Shown here: positions 1-8,768 of the stretch, one piece after another | Layout: the number at the start of each line of letters is the position of its first letter | Position numbering within the stretch: position 1 is the stretch's first letter | Origin: an uncultured Chloroflexia bacterium | GTDB lineage: Bacteria > Chloroflexota > Limnocylindria > Limnocylindrales > CSP1-4 | DNA: 64,000 nt | Direction of reading: 5' to 3' | NCBI GenBank assembly: GCA_963776285.1 | Contig: CAVZLW010000006.1 | Span: forward strand, 38,188 to 102,187 | Made by a program: the position numbers and the translations under genes | The notes under the pieces: generated by a model | Database searches by the model: none | Told to the model about the DNA's origin: nothing | Seen by the model: only the letters and a program-made list of their open reading frames with translations

Positions 1-48
1 CGTGCCCCCGATCGCCCACGACGTCGACGCCCGCGCCCGGTGCGGCGG

Positions 49-1125
49 TCACAGCTCGTAGCCCCCGCGAGTCGAGCGCAGCAGGGCCAGGAAGAACGGC
101 GCGCCGATGACGGCCGTCACGACGCCCACCGGGATCTCGCCGAGCAGGCGCGCCACGAGGTCGGCCGCGACGAGGAGGACCGCGCCGAGGATCGCCGCGA
201 GGGGCAGGACGTGGCGCGCGTTGGGGCCCACGACGAGGCGCACCAGGTGCGGCGCGACGAGCCCGATGAAGCCGATGAGGCCCGACACGGCAACCGCCGC
301 GGCCGTGACGAGCGTCGCCAGGCCCAGCAGGATCCCTCGCTCGCGCCGGACGTCGATCCCCAGGTGGGCGGCCGCCTCCTCGCCCAGCAGCAGCCCGTTG
401 AGCGACCGCGCGCGGAGCAGGATCGCGATGCTGCCGCCGATCACCAGCGGGGCGCAGATCGCGAGGCGCATCCACGAGGCGCCCTCCAGGCCGCCGAGCA
501 GGAAGGCGAAGATCTGGCGCAGGTTCGACCCCGACAGGTACATGGTCATCGCCAGCCCGGCCGCGAGCAGCGACCCGACCGCGTAGCCGGTCAGCAGGAG
601 CCCGGTGAGCGGGGCCATCGGGCCGCCGCGCCCCAGCCGGTACACGACTGCCACCGCTGCCAGCCCGCCGGCGAAGGCGAAGACGTTGAGGAGCCCCACG
701 CCCACGAGGGCCATGCGGACGGGGATGAGGACCGCGATCGCGGCGCCCAGCGCCGCACCGGACGCCGTGCCGAGGACGTAGGGATCGGCCAGCGGGTTGC
801 GGAGGAGCCCCTGGAACGTCGTCCCGGCCACCGCCAGGCCTGCCCCGACCACGACCGCCATCAGGACCCGGGGGAGTCGCAGCTCGACGACGATGGTCTG
901 GGCGGCCGAGGTCCAGGTCCGCTCCACCGGCAGTCCCAGCGAATGCAGGAGGATCCCGATCGTGTCCGCGGGCGCGACGGCAACTGTCCCCGCGGCGACC
1001 CCGAGCACGACGACCGCGGCGAGCGCGGCCAGCCCGGCCAGCACGAGGGCGGCCTGGCGCGGCGCGCCGGCCGGGCGCCGAACGCGGACTCGGCCGAGGG
1101 CGACGTTCCGACCGCCGATCGTCAT
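49..1125 (-). CDS. FecCD-family ABC importer permease (BtuC/FepD-like)
   Basis: The C-terminal ~359 aa of ORF 49..2112 form a polytopic hydrophobic permease typical of the FecCD family (...GTASGAALGAAIAVLIP..., ...LVAPHLVRLVVGPNARHVLPLAAILGAVLL...). The N-terminal half of the 687-aa ORF is Arg-rich read-through of the upstream gene in another frame. The ATG at 1125 (MTIGGRNVALG...) lies 6 nt after the stop of the binding-protein gene. A cognate ATPase gene probably starts just upstream of position 49 and runs off the window. Confidence 0.85.
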   Translation of the reverse strand: MTIGGRNVALGRVRVRRPAGAPRQAALVLAGLAALAAVVVLGVAAGTVAVAPADTIGILLHSLGLPVERTWTSAAQTIVVELRLPRVLMAVVVGAGLAVAGTTFQGLLRNPLADPYVLGTASGAALGAAIAVLIPVRMALVGVGLLNVFAFAGGLAAVAVVYRLGRGGPMAPLTGLLLTGYAVGSLLAAGLAMTMYLSGSNLRQIFAFLLGGLEGASWMRLAICAPLVIGGSIAILLRARSLNGLLLGEEAAAHLGIDVRRERGILLGLATLVTAAAVAVSGLIGFIGLVAPHLVRLVVGPNARHVLPLAAILGAVLLVAADLVARLLGEIPVGVVTAVIGAPFFLALLRSTRGGYEL

Positions 1126-1133
1126 CGCGTGCG

Positions 1134-2177
1134 CTACCCGCCCGGGCTCGGAGACGGCGCCGGAGGCAGGGAGACGGCCGGGTCGATGGCCAGGGCCAGG
1201 GCGCGGAGGCCATCGACGAGGCGCGGCCCGGGCCGAGTCACGACGACGTCGTTCACGGGCCGGATCTGGTTCGTCTTGACCGCGGTCATGCCCTCCCATC
1301 CCGGCCGCGTGGCGACCTGGTCGGCCTTTACGCCGTAGGCGGCGTCGCCGAGGACGATGACCTGGGGGTCGGCCTTGATGAGGCTCTCGAGCGGGATGTC
1401 CCACTTCGAGGCACTTCCGGATGTCACCGGCACCCCACCGGCGATCCTGATTGCGTCGGCGTAGACACTTGGGTCCGCGATGCCGTAGATCGTGCCATCC
1501 GAGTATCCGGTTTCGTAGAAGACGCGGCTTCTCGTGCCTCCTGCCGAGGCGATCGCGGCCTTGATTGCCTCGACGTCGGCGCCCATCGAGCCAACGAGTG
1601 CCCTCCCGGCCGCCGGCTCGCCGGCCGCCGCGGCCACGTTCTGGATATCGCTGAGCACGCCGGCCACGTCGGTCGCGTACACGACGAGCACGGGGATGCC
1701 AAGCGCGCGAATCGTCGTGATCGTGTCGGCGCTGCTGAATCCGCCGCCGCCCGCGACCACGAGGTCGGCCTTGAGGCCGACGATCTTCTCGACGTCGACC
1801 TTGCCCATGCTCACGACCCGGGCGACCTTCTTCGCGGCCTCCGGATAGTCGTCGGCGTCGGTGACCCCGACGACGCGGTTGCCGGCGCCGACGGCGAAGA
1901 GGATCTCCGTCGTCGCTGGGGTCAGGGAGACGATCCGCTGCGGCCGGGCCGGCAGGCTGACGGCCGTCCCTTCGTCGTCGGTGAGGGTGAGCGGGAAGGC
2001 CGCAGCGGCGGGCGATGCCGTCGGGACGGCCGGCGTGGCGGTCACCGCGGGCGCGATGGCGCCGGTGGGCGTCGGCCCGGTGGACGGCGACGCGGCCGAC
2101 CCGGCGCCGCACGCGGCGAGGAGGAGTGCCGCGAACGCGACGAGCGTCGCGATCCGGGACGGTAGGCCGGCGCGCAT
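1134..2177 (-). CDS. ABC importer periplasmic substrate-binding lipoprotein (BtuF/FecB-like, cobalamin/siderophore type)
   Basis: ORF 1134..2201. An internal ATG at 2177 gives MRAGLPSRIATLVAFAALLLAACG, a lipoprotein signal with lipobox LAAC. The mature domain has the class-III SBP pattern (...IVSLTPATTEILFAVGAGNRVVGVTD...KADLVV...). It lies immediately upstream of the permease in the same orientation. Confidence 0.8.
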   Translation of the reverse strand: MRAGLPSRIATLVAFAALLLAACGAGSAASPSTGPTPTGAIAPAVTATPAVPTASPAAAAFPLTLTDDEGTAVSLPARPQRIVSLTPATTEILFAVGAGNRVVGVTDADDYPEAAKKVARVVSMGKVDVEKIVGLKADLVVAGGGGFSSADTITTIRALGIPVLVVYATDVAGVLSDIQNVAAAAGEPAAGRALVGSMGADVEAIKAAIASAGGTRSRVFYETGYSDGTIYGIADPSVYADAIRIAGGVPVTSGSASKWDIPLESLIKADPQVIVLGDAAYGVKADQVATRPGWEGMTAVKTNQIRPVNDVVVTRPGPRLVDGLRALALAIDPAVSLPPAPSPSPGG

Positions 2178-2249
2178 GCGCCGGGGCGGGGAGAGATGCA
2201 CGGGAACCTCGCAGTCGGATGGAAGGGACGCGCGCGGAGGCGCGGACGG

Positions 2250-2440
2250 ACGCGAGGTCCTACGTGACGAAGATCATGCCTGCCTGCCCCTTTCTCTCGA
2301 GGGTGTGAGCGGCTGCACCGTGGGGCCGGCGACCGGACTTCCGTCCCGGAGGGGACGGTCACCGTAGCGGGACTGTGCCGGATTTGCACCGGCTTCGCGA
2401 CCACGCGGTGGGTCTGGATGACCGGCGGAGCGTAGCACGA
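2250..2440 (-). promoter_or_regulatory. candidate cobalamin (AdoCbl) riboswitch in the 5' leader of the ABC importer operon
   Basis: The 510-bp leader on the minus strand contains GAAGCCGGUGCAAAUCCGGCACAGUCCCGCUACGGUGACCGUCCCCUCCGGGACGGAAGUCCGG (reverse complement of 2358..2396 and flanks). This matches the conserved cobalamin-riboswitch core (GGUGc.AAuCCGGc.c.GuCCCGC.ACuGUaA...GGGAAG.C). It is followed by a pyrimidine/GGGGCAGGCAGGC stretch and the start codon. Boundaries are approximate. Confidence 0.55.
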
Positions 2441-2483
2441 GACGGGGCTCCGCGAGGGAGCCGAACGGCCCGGATTCGGGCCC

Positions 2484-2565
2484 GGATCCCGGGGCGCGCC
2501 GCGGGGGCGCGCCGCGGGGGCGCGTCGGGCACCGGGGGCGCGTCGGGCACCGCGGCCCACCCGCC
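2484..2565. repeat. GC-rich short tandem repeats in divergent intergenic region
   Basis: ggggcgcgccgcg occurs twice, followed by ggggcgcgtcgggcacc twice, read directly from the sequence at 2491..2555. The repeats lie between the riboswitch leader and the start of the + strand secreted-protein gene. Confidence 0.5.
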
Positions 2566-2687
2566 GCCCGCGCGTAAGTGACCGGTAAGCGGCGCGCGCC
2601 ACACTCGGCTCCAGCGGCGTCGCCGGGACGCCGCGAGACCCGCCTCCTCCCGCCCTGGCCAGACCCGCCGGAGGAGGTCACAACCGG

Positions 2688-3443
2688 ATGTCGCCCGGAC
2701 GATGGATCCGCCGTCTCGCCGCCGTGCTCCTCGCCGCCTCGCTCAGCGCCACCCCCGCCGGCTCGGCCCACGCCGGATACCCGGGGACGATCGCCTCCAA
2801 CAGGAGCGCCTTCGAGCCGCCGTGCCTCGGGTTCGTCGACGCGTACCCCACGAAGATGCTCAAGGCGGCCACCGCCGCATTCGGCGCGCTCGGTTACGAG
2901 ACGCATGCGGACACCGGCGCCGCCTTCACCCGCGCCTCGTACCTCGCGCGGACCGGGAGCGATTGGGGCACGTACGTCCACTCGCATGGGGACTTCTACT
3001 GGCACGCCGCCGACGGACGGCGCTACTCGGGCTTCCGCGAGGACTCCGGGGACTGCAGCCAGGCGGTCGTCTACTCCAAGGACATCGCCCTCAAGCGAGC
3101 CGGGAAGCAGGCGAACCTCGTCGTGATGTCGATGTGCCACGTCGGCGAGGATGCGTCGACCATGCCGGGCGCCTTCGGGATCGCCAAGAAGCGATACCCC
3201 GCGGGCACCTGGGGCGGCCCCGAGTTCTTCGTCGGCTACCTCGGCTCGGCCTGGGACAACGACGAGTGGACGTTCGAGGTCGCCTTCTGGAACGCGATCG
3301 GCCCGGGCTACGGCGCGGGCGAGGCGTACGACGTCGCGTCGGCCCAGGTCTTCACCCACGCGTTCGACGCGAACTGGTGGGGCTCCTACGCGTACACGGG
3401 CCGGGCGGGGCCGCTCCCCTCCGGCTGCGACCGGTGCCTGTGA
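2688..3443 (+). CDS. secreted hypothetical protein (Cys/His-containing, possible CHAP/papain-like hydrolase fold)
   Basis: ORF 2688..3443. The N-terminus MSPGRWIRRLAAVLLAASLSATPAGSAHA is a Sec signal peptide. Amino-acid composition is diverse and non-repetitive (HSHGDFYWHAADGRRYSGFREDSGDCSQAVVYS...MSMCHVGED...), unlike the Arg/Pro-rich overlapping frames. The fold assignment is a guess. Confidence 0.7.
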   Translation: MSPGRWIRRLAAVLLAASLSATPAGSAHAGYPGTIASNRSAFEPPCLGFVDAYPTKMLKAATAAFGALGYETHADTGAAFTRASYLARTGSDWGTYVHSHGDFYWHAADGRRYSGFREDSGDCSQAVVYSKDIALKRAGKQANLVVMSMCHVGEDASTMPGAFGIAKKRYPAGTWGGPEFFVGYLGSAWDNDEWTFEVAFWNAIGPGYGAGEAYDVASAQVFTHAFDANWWGSYAYTGRAGPLPSGCDRCL

Positions 3444-3453
3444 GGTGAGCGCC

Positions 3454-4377
3454 ATGCACGCCTTCCGTCCGCGAGCCCGGCGCGCCGGGCTCCTCGTCCC
3501 CGTTGCCCTGGCCGTGGCCGGCGGGGCGCTCTTCCTCGGCGGGCCCGGAGGACCCGCGCCAGGCGACGCGGTCGATCGCTACCGGGCCGGCGAGCCGGCC
3601 AGCGTCCGGTCCGTCGTCCCGGCCGACGTGGCGACCCGCGTGCGCGCGCTCGGCCTGGCGCGCGCCCGCGCGCTCGGCGTGCCGGTCGGCACCGGCGCCC
3701 ACGTCACCCGCGTGAACGACCGCTTCTCCGGCGCCGTCTTCGACGAGGTCGTGACCACCGACGCCAGAGGCCAACGGCTCGGCATCGTCCGGATGGACCG
3801 CGATGGCCGCGTCGCGATGGCGGTCCGGGTCGGATGGCGAGCGACGACCGCTGCTCGCGTCGACGCCGCGACGGCCCGGGCGCGGGCCGTCGCGCTGGCC
3901 GGCACGTCCGGGATCGGCGGCGCCGGCACGCCGACCGTCTCTGCGGCCACCGACGGCGGCTGGCGCGTGACCTGGGAACGCGCGGTCGGCGGCGTGCCGG
4001 TCCCCGGGGACGGAAGCACCGTCACGCTGTTCGCCGATGGCACGTTCCACGCCGCCGCCCGCCGCGAGCGGCGCCTCGCCGAGGCGCCTGCGCAGAGGCT
4101 GGCGGAGGCGGCGGCGGAACGAATCGGCCGGGAGCGCCTCGCCTCGCTCCTCGGTCCGGCAAGCGGCGAAGCGCGGATCGTGCAGTCCCGCCTCGCATGG
4201 GTCGCTCCCAACGGCACGTTCGACGAGAGCGCGCCGGACGCGCCCGACCCGGTCCTGCGGCTCGCCTGGGTCGTGGAGGTGCGCACGGTCGCGCCCCTGT
4301 CCGAACGCCTCCGTGCGCTGGAGCTGTACCTGGACGCGGGCGACGGGACGCTGCTCGGCGGGGATCTCCTCCGGTGA
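3454..4377 (+). CDS. secreted hypothetical protein
   Basis: An ATG at 3454 lies 11 nt after the previous stop: MHAFRPRARRAGLLVPVALAVAGGALFLGG (signal/TM). The rest of frame 1 of ORF 3151..4377 is Ala/Arg-rich but coherent (…GGWRVTWERAVGGVPVPGDGSTVTLFADGTFHAAARRER…). This is possibly a PepSY-like fold. Confidence 0.6.
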   Translation: MHAFRPRARRAGLLVPVALAVAGGALFLGGPGGPAPGDAVDRYRAGEPASVRSVVPADVATRVRALGLARARALGVPVGTGAHVTRVNDRFSGAVFDEVVTTDARGQRLGIVRMDRDGRVAMAVRVGWRATTAARVDAATARARAVALAGTSGIGGAGTPTVSAATDGGWRVTWERAVGGVPVPGDGSTVTLFADGTFHAAARRERRLAEAPAQRLAEAAAERIGRERLASLLGPASGEARIVQSRLAWVAPNGTFDESAPDAPDPVLRLAWVVEVRTVAPLSERLRALELYLDAGDGTLLGGDLLR

Positions 4378-4473
4378 CCGAGCTCCCGCCGGCCCCGCCG
4401 GACATCCCGGCCCTGCCGGCAGATCCGGCGCCGGGCATGCCGGCTCCGGCTGCCGGCGCGGCGGGCCGGCGGG

Positions 4474-5554
4474 ATGGCAATGGTGGCGGCCGCCGCGACG
4501 CCGGTCGTCGCGGCGGCCCTCGCCGCAGTCCTCGTCGTCGCGAGCGGCTGCCGGGCGCGACCGCCAGGGCCGGAGACGACGCCGCCGGGCCTCTCCTCGC
4601 ACGGTCTCGTCCATGCCGCCGGCCGCATCTGCCCCGCCGAGCACGTCCGGGGCGGCCTCGGCGACCCCTGCCGGCGCCACCGCGATCCCGGGCTGGAGCG
4701 GCCCACGGCTGCTCCTCGTGGTCGGCGCCCCGTCACGGCCGCGCGGCGCGATCCACGACCTCGCACACCCGGACCATCCGGGCGTGCCCCTGGAGCTGCC
4801 ACGCGCGCTGGCGGACGGCGGGCTGGCAGCGCTGGCCGCGGCGCCGGGCGGCCGGCTTGCCGCGATCGGGCAGGACGGGGCGGCATGGGTGGCGCCGGCA
4901 CCCGCCGCGGGCGAGGCCGGCCCGCCCCGTTGGACGCCGGTCGCGGCGGCGGCATCCCGCCGGGGGCTCCCGGGGCCGATCCTCGGCGGGACGTGGAGCG
5001 TCGACGGGTCGGCGCTCGTGCTCATCGCGGGCGCACCCGGCTCCGGCGCGCGGAGGACCACGCTGCTGAGCGTCCCCGTCGACGGGTCGCGAGCGGCTGC
5101 CATCGAGGTCCCCCTCGAGGCCGACGGGCCGGCCGTCGCGGCCCTGCCCCGGCGGGTGGTCGCGTTCGTCGGCCGCGACCTCCACGATCGCACCGTGCTG
5201 GCACGCGTCGCCGCCTCCGGCTCCCTCGCGACGCTGCCCGTCGCCACTCGGGCGGTCGCTGCGGGAGGCGACCTCGTGGCGGTGGTCGACGACGTCGCCG
5301 TCCGCGTCGGCACGCTGGAGGACCTGGAACGAGGCGTCCTCCCGACCGACCCGCTGCCCCTGGACGGGCCGGGCGGCATCGGCGGGGTCGTGATCGCCCC
5401 GGACGGCGGCGCGGTGGCCGTGGTCCGTCTCGACGACCAGGGGGCCGCGGTGCGCGTCGAGGTCCTCCGTCGCGTCGAGGATGGATGGGCTCACGGCCCG
5501 AGCATCCCGCTGCAGGCCGCGGACGCCACGGCTCTCCCGGCGTGGCTCCCCTGA
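4474..5554 (+). pseudogene. putative lipoprotein with beta-propeller-like C-terminal domain; apparent frameshift around 4600-4640
   Basis: Frame 1 from 4474 encodes a lipoprotein signal, MAMVAAAATPVVAAALAAVLVVASGC, followed by a PT-rich linker (RARPPGPETTPPGLSSHGLVHAA), and then degenerates. Frame 2 is junk before about 4613. From 4613 to 5554 it encodes an S/T/A/P linker (MPPAASAPPSTSGAASATPAGATAIPGW) plus a coherent domain (…WSVDGSALVLIAGAPGSG…VAVVRLDDQGAAVRVEVLRRVEDGW…). The switch occurs near gccgccggccgc/cggggcgg runs. Confidence 0.5.
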
Positions 5555-5566
5555 CCCGGACACGTT

Positions 5567-5591
5567 GGACCCCGGCGCACGGCCGGGGTCC
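5567..5591. terminator. GC-rich hairpin between convergent genes (putative bidirectional terminator)
   Basis: ggaccccggc gcacg gccggggtcc is a perfect 10-bp inverted repeat with a 5-nt loop, lying between the stops of the 4474..5554(+) and 5652..5933(-) genes. There is no U-tract, which is usual at this GC content. Confidence 0.4.
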
Positions 5592-5651
5592 AGGGCGAGC
5601 GCAGGCCGGCGACGAGGGCCGGCCGACGGGCCGGCGGAGCCGGCCGGCGGA

Positions 5652-5933
5652 TCAGTTCGCCGCGGCGACCTCCTCGACCGCCGTGAAGATGGAGACCTGC
5701 GACGCCTCGGGCAGCATCTCGCCGAGGATCTTCTGCAGGGTCAGCTGGTGAACGCAGCTCTTCCAGCTCTCGAAGTAGTGGCACGTGCAGTGCCAGGCAC
5801 CGGCGTCGAGACTCACGTGATGCGTGTCGTTGTCGCCCCGAAACGTGACGCCGAGGCGATCGAACGTCAGGCGGTCGCGCTCGCGGGCGTAGCGATTCGC
5901 CTTCTCGACCTTGCCGATGAGAGAGCTGTGCAT
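5652..5933 (-). CDS. small SWIM zinc-finger domain protein
   Basis: ORF 5652..5933 (93 aa) has diverse composition. It contains ...AWHCTCHYFESWKSCVHQL..., which matches the SWIM CxCx(n)CxH zinc-finger signature. Confidence 0.6.
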   Translation of the reverse strand: MHSSLIGKVEKANRYARERDRLTFDRLGVTFRGDNDTHHVSLDAGAWHCTCHYFESWKSCVHQLTLQKILGEMLPEASQVSIFTAVEEVAAAN

Positions 5934-6072
5934 CGCCGGGGTCCCTCCGTGGCCCGATGGGCCCTTCCAGGGGCCGCCGCCCGGCCGTGCGCTCGTCGGT
6001 CGGGAGGGGCGGTCGTCCCCACAACTCTACTCCCCGGCGCCAAGAAGAGGGCCGGGTTGCGGCAGCTGTTCC

Positions 6073-6162
6073 TCAGCCGCGGACGAGCGATTCTCCGGCG
6101 ACGAGGCAGGTGCTGGCTCAGCCGCGGACGAGCGATTCGCCGGCGACGAGGCAGGCGTCGGC
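6073..6162. repeat. 45-bp tandem direct duplication of the manB 3' end
   Basis: Segment 6118..6162 (tcagccgcggacgagcgattcgccggcgacgaggcaggcgtcggc) is the manB stop plus its last 14 codons. It is repeated immediately downstream at 6073..6117 with about 41 of 45 identities. The copy would encode ASTCLVAGESLVRG*, compared with ADACLVAGESLVRG* in the gene. Confidence 0.7.
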
Positions 6163-7602
6163 CACCGCAGCCGAGGTGGCCTCCGTGTAGACCCGGACCA
6201 GCGGCTCGGTCCCGCTGAAGCGGACGAGGAGCCACGAGCCGTCGCCGATGAAGAACTTGAAGCCGTCGTTCGTCGAGAGCTCGACGGTCCGGATGACGGG
6301 CTGCCCGGCGAGATCGGTCGGCGCCTTCTCGACCAGCTCGACGGCGAGGCGCTCCTTCATCGCCGGGTAGCTCGCCCGGTCCACGTGGACGTCCACGCGC
6401 TGGTAGAACGACGGCCCGGCGATCTCGTGGAGGTGGGCGATCGCCGAGGAGACGGGCCACCGGCCCGCGGCCCGCTCGCGCAGGAAGAGGTCCAGCAGGA
6501 GAAGGTCGGAGTAGATCCCGTCGCGCTCCGGGAGGTGCATCCCGAAGCCGTACCCGCCCGACTCCTCGCCGCCGTACATCGCCCCGGTCTCGATCATCTT
6601 CGGGCCGACGTACTTGAAGCCGACCGGGGTCTCGTGGACCGTGATCCCGTAGTGGGCCCCGAGCCGCTCGGCCATCGACGTCTCGTTCACGCTCTTGACC
6701 ACCGGCTGGCGCATCCCGCGATGCTCGGCCAGGTAGTACATCAGCAGACCGTAGACCTGCAGCTGGTGGACGAAGGCGCCCCGCTCGTCGATCGCGCCGG
6801 CCCGGTCGGCATCGCCGTCGAGGAGCAGCCCGAGGTCGAACCCGCCGCCCGCGACGACACGCAGGGCCTCGTCCACGTGCGGTCGGATCGGCTCGGGGTT
6901 CACGCCGCCGAAGTACGGGTTGCGCTCGGTGTGGAGCTCGACGACCTCGATCCGACCCCCGGACAGGAGGCGGCTGATCCAGCCGGCCCCGGATCCCCAC
7001 AGCGGCTCGACGAGGATCCGCACGTCCGCGGCCTTCAATGCCTCGAGGTCCAGGGTGCGGCGCACGAAGCGCTCGTACCCCTCGAACGGATCGAAGCGCT
7101 CGACCAGCCCGGCCGCCTCCGCCTCGGCCATCGGGCGGCGCGGGATCGGGCGCCGGCCGTTCTCCGCGATCACCGCCTCGAGCGTCGCCAGGATGTCGGG
7201 CCCCGCCGCCGCGCCGCTCGCGGCCTTCACCTTGAAGCCGTTGTCGGTCCACGGGTTGTGGCTCGCCGTGATGACCACCCCGGCCGCCGCGCCACGCTCG
7301 ACGACCTCGTAGCTCGCCATCTGGGTCGGGACGGCGTGGGCCGCGAAGGCGACGGGAATGTCGTAGGCCAGGAGCACCTCCGCGGCGGCGGCAGCGAAGT
7401 CCTCGGAGGCGAAGCGCCGGTCGTAGGCCACCACGACGCCTCGCGCCTGCTCGTGGCGGTCGGCGACGTAGCGGGCGACGCCCTCGGCGCAGCGGCGGAC
7501 GCTCTCGAACGTGAAGTCCTCGGCGATCCTCGCCCGCCACCCGTCGGTGCCGAAGACGATCGTGGCGGGAGCGGGGACGCTCTCGGCGACGGGCGTGGTC
7601 AC
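6118..7602 (-). CDS. manB: phosphomannomutase/phosphoglucomutase (alpha-D-phosphohexomutase family)
   Basis: ORF 6118..7602 (494 aa). It has the active-site Ser loop TASHNPWTDNGFK, the metal-binding loop DGDADR, and the GEESGG sugar-binding motif. Confidence 0.9.
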   Translation of the reverse strand: MTTPVAESVPAPATIVFGTDGWRARIAEDFTFESVRRCAEGVARYVADRHEQARGVVVAYDRRFASEDFAAAAAEVLLAYDIPVAFAAHAVPTQMASYEVVERGAAAGVVITASHNPWTDNGFKVKAASGAAAGPDILATLEAVIAENGRRPIPRRPMAEAEAAGLVERFDPFEGYERFVRRTLDLEALKAADVRILVEPLWGSGAGWISRLLSGGRIEVVELHTERNPYFGGVNPEPIRPHVDEALRVVAGGGFDLGLLLDGDADRAGAIDERGAFVHQLQVYGLLMYYLAEHRGMRQPVVKSVNETSMAERLGAHYGITVHETPVGFKYVGPKMIETGAMYGGEESGGYGFGMHLPERDGIYSDLLLLDLFLRERAAGRWPVSSAIAHLHEIAGPSFYQRVDVHVDRASYPAMKERLAVELVEKAPTDLAGQPVIRTVELSTNDGFKFFIGDGSWLLVRFSGTEPLVRVYTEATSAAVADACLVAGESLVRG

Positions 7603-8675
7603 GAGTCTTCCTCCCTGTCTCGGGCGAGCTCTTCGGCGATCCCGCGAACCTCCTGCGAGCGGTCGGCGGCGCAGACGAGCAGCGCGTCCGGCGTATCGAC
7701 GACGACCGTGTCGCGCAGGCCGATCGTCACGACCAGCCGGTCGCCGGCCAGCACGAGCGTGCCCTCGGAGCCGACGTCGCGGCGCGGCCCCGACCCGACC
7801 GCGCCGGCCGGCTCGCCGTCCGCCAGGGCCCGCGCCACCAGCGCGTCGCGCAGGGCCAGCCAGCTGCCGAGATCGCTCCAGCCCACGTCGGCCCGGAGCA
7901 TCGCCACGCGGCCGGCGACCGAGGCCGGCTCCATGACCGCGTAGTCGATCGACGTCGCCCGCACCGTCGCATACGCCGCCTCGAGGGCGGCCGGCCCGGC
8001 CGCCGCCCCCGCGCGGACCGCGGCGAGGATGTCGGGCGCCGACGCCGCGAGCGCCGCCAGGATCGTGTCGCGCCGCCAGACGAAGATCCCGGCATTCCAG
8101 GCGACCGGGTCGGCCCCCGCGAGGAGTGCCGCGGCGGCGTCCGCCGCCGGCTTCTCGACGAAGCGGCGAACGGCGCAGGCGCCCGCCTCGGGCCGAACGT
8201 CGCCGGCGACGATGTAGCCGTAGCCGGTCTGCGGACCGGCAGGCGCGATCCCGAGCGTGACGAGCGGGTGGTCCGCCGCGCCGGCCACCTCGGCCGCCCG
8301 CGCCAGGAGGGCGCGAAAGGCGGCTTCGTCGAGGACCAGGTGGTCGGCCGGCAGGACGGCCATCGCCTCGTCGTCGGCCCGCTCGACGGCCACCGCCGCC
8401 AGGGCGATGGCCGCCGCCGTGTTCCGGCCCGTGGGCTCCGCGAGCACGTTGCCCGGCGGGACCTCCGGGAGCTCCTCGCGGGCCAGCTCCGCGTGGCGCC
8501 GGTCGACGACCACGATCACGTCCTCCGGCCCGCCGAGGAGCGGACGCACGCGGTCGAAGGTGGCGCGCAGCAGGGTCCGCTCACCGAGAAGCGGCAGGAA
8601 CGGCTTGGGCCGGTCGGGACGCGACAACGGCCACAGCCGCGTGCCTCCGCCGCCGGCGAGGATCACGACGTACAT
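7599..8675 (-). CDS. manC: mannose-1-phosphate guanylyltransferase (GDP-mannose pyrophosphorylase)
   Basis: ORF 7599..8717 contains MYVVILAGGGGTRLWPLSRPDRPKPF, a nucleotidyltransferase G-loop; the start was taken at this internal Met. There is a 4-nt overlap with the manB start, indicating an operon. Confidence 0.85.
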   Translation of the reverse strand: MYVVILAGGGGTRLWPLSRPDRPKPFLPLLGERTLLRATFDRVRPLLGGPEDVIVVVDRRHAELAREELPEVPPGNVLAEPTGRNTAAAIALAAVAVERADDEAMAVLPADHLVLDEAAFRALLARAAEVAGAADHPLVTLGIAPAGPQTGYGYIVAGDVRPEAGACAVRRFVEKPAADAAAALLAGADPVAWNAGIFVWRRDTILAALAASAPDILAAVRAGAAAGPAALEAAYATVRATSIDYAVMEPASVAGRVAMLRADVGWSDLGSWLALRDALVARALADGEPAGAVGSGPRRDVGSEGTLVLAGDRLVVTIGLRDTVVVDTPDALLVCAADRSQEVRGIAEELARDREEDS

Positions 8676-8768
8676 GCCTGCAATTCTACGGGCCGTCACG
8701 GGATCGGTGCCCGGCATCGGGGCCGGGAGCTCGGAGAGCCGCCCGGCGACGCGCCGTGCGCCGGCCTG

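Noticed and set aside
1-48. Possible 5' end of an ABC ATPase gene (minus strand) continuing beyond the window start
   Set aside because: Fewer than 16 codons are visible, so it cannot be supported from this window.
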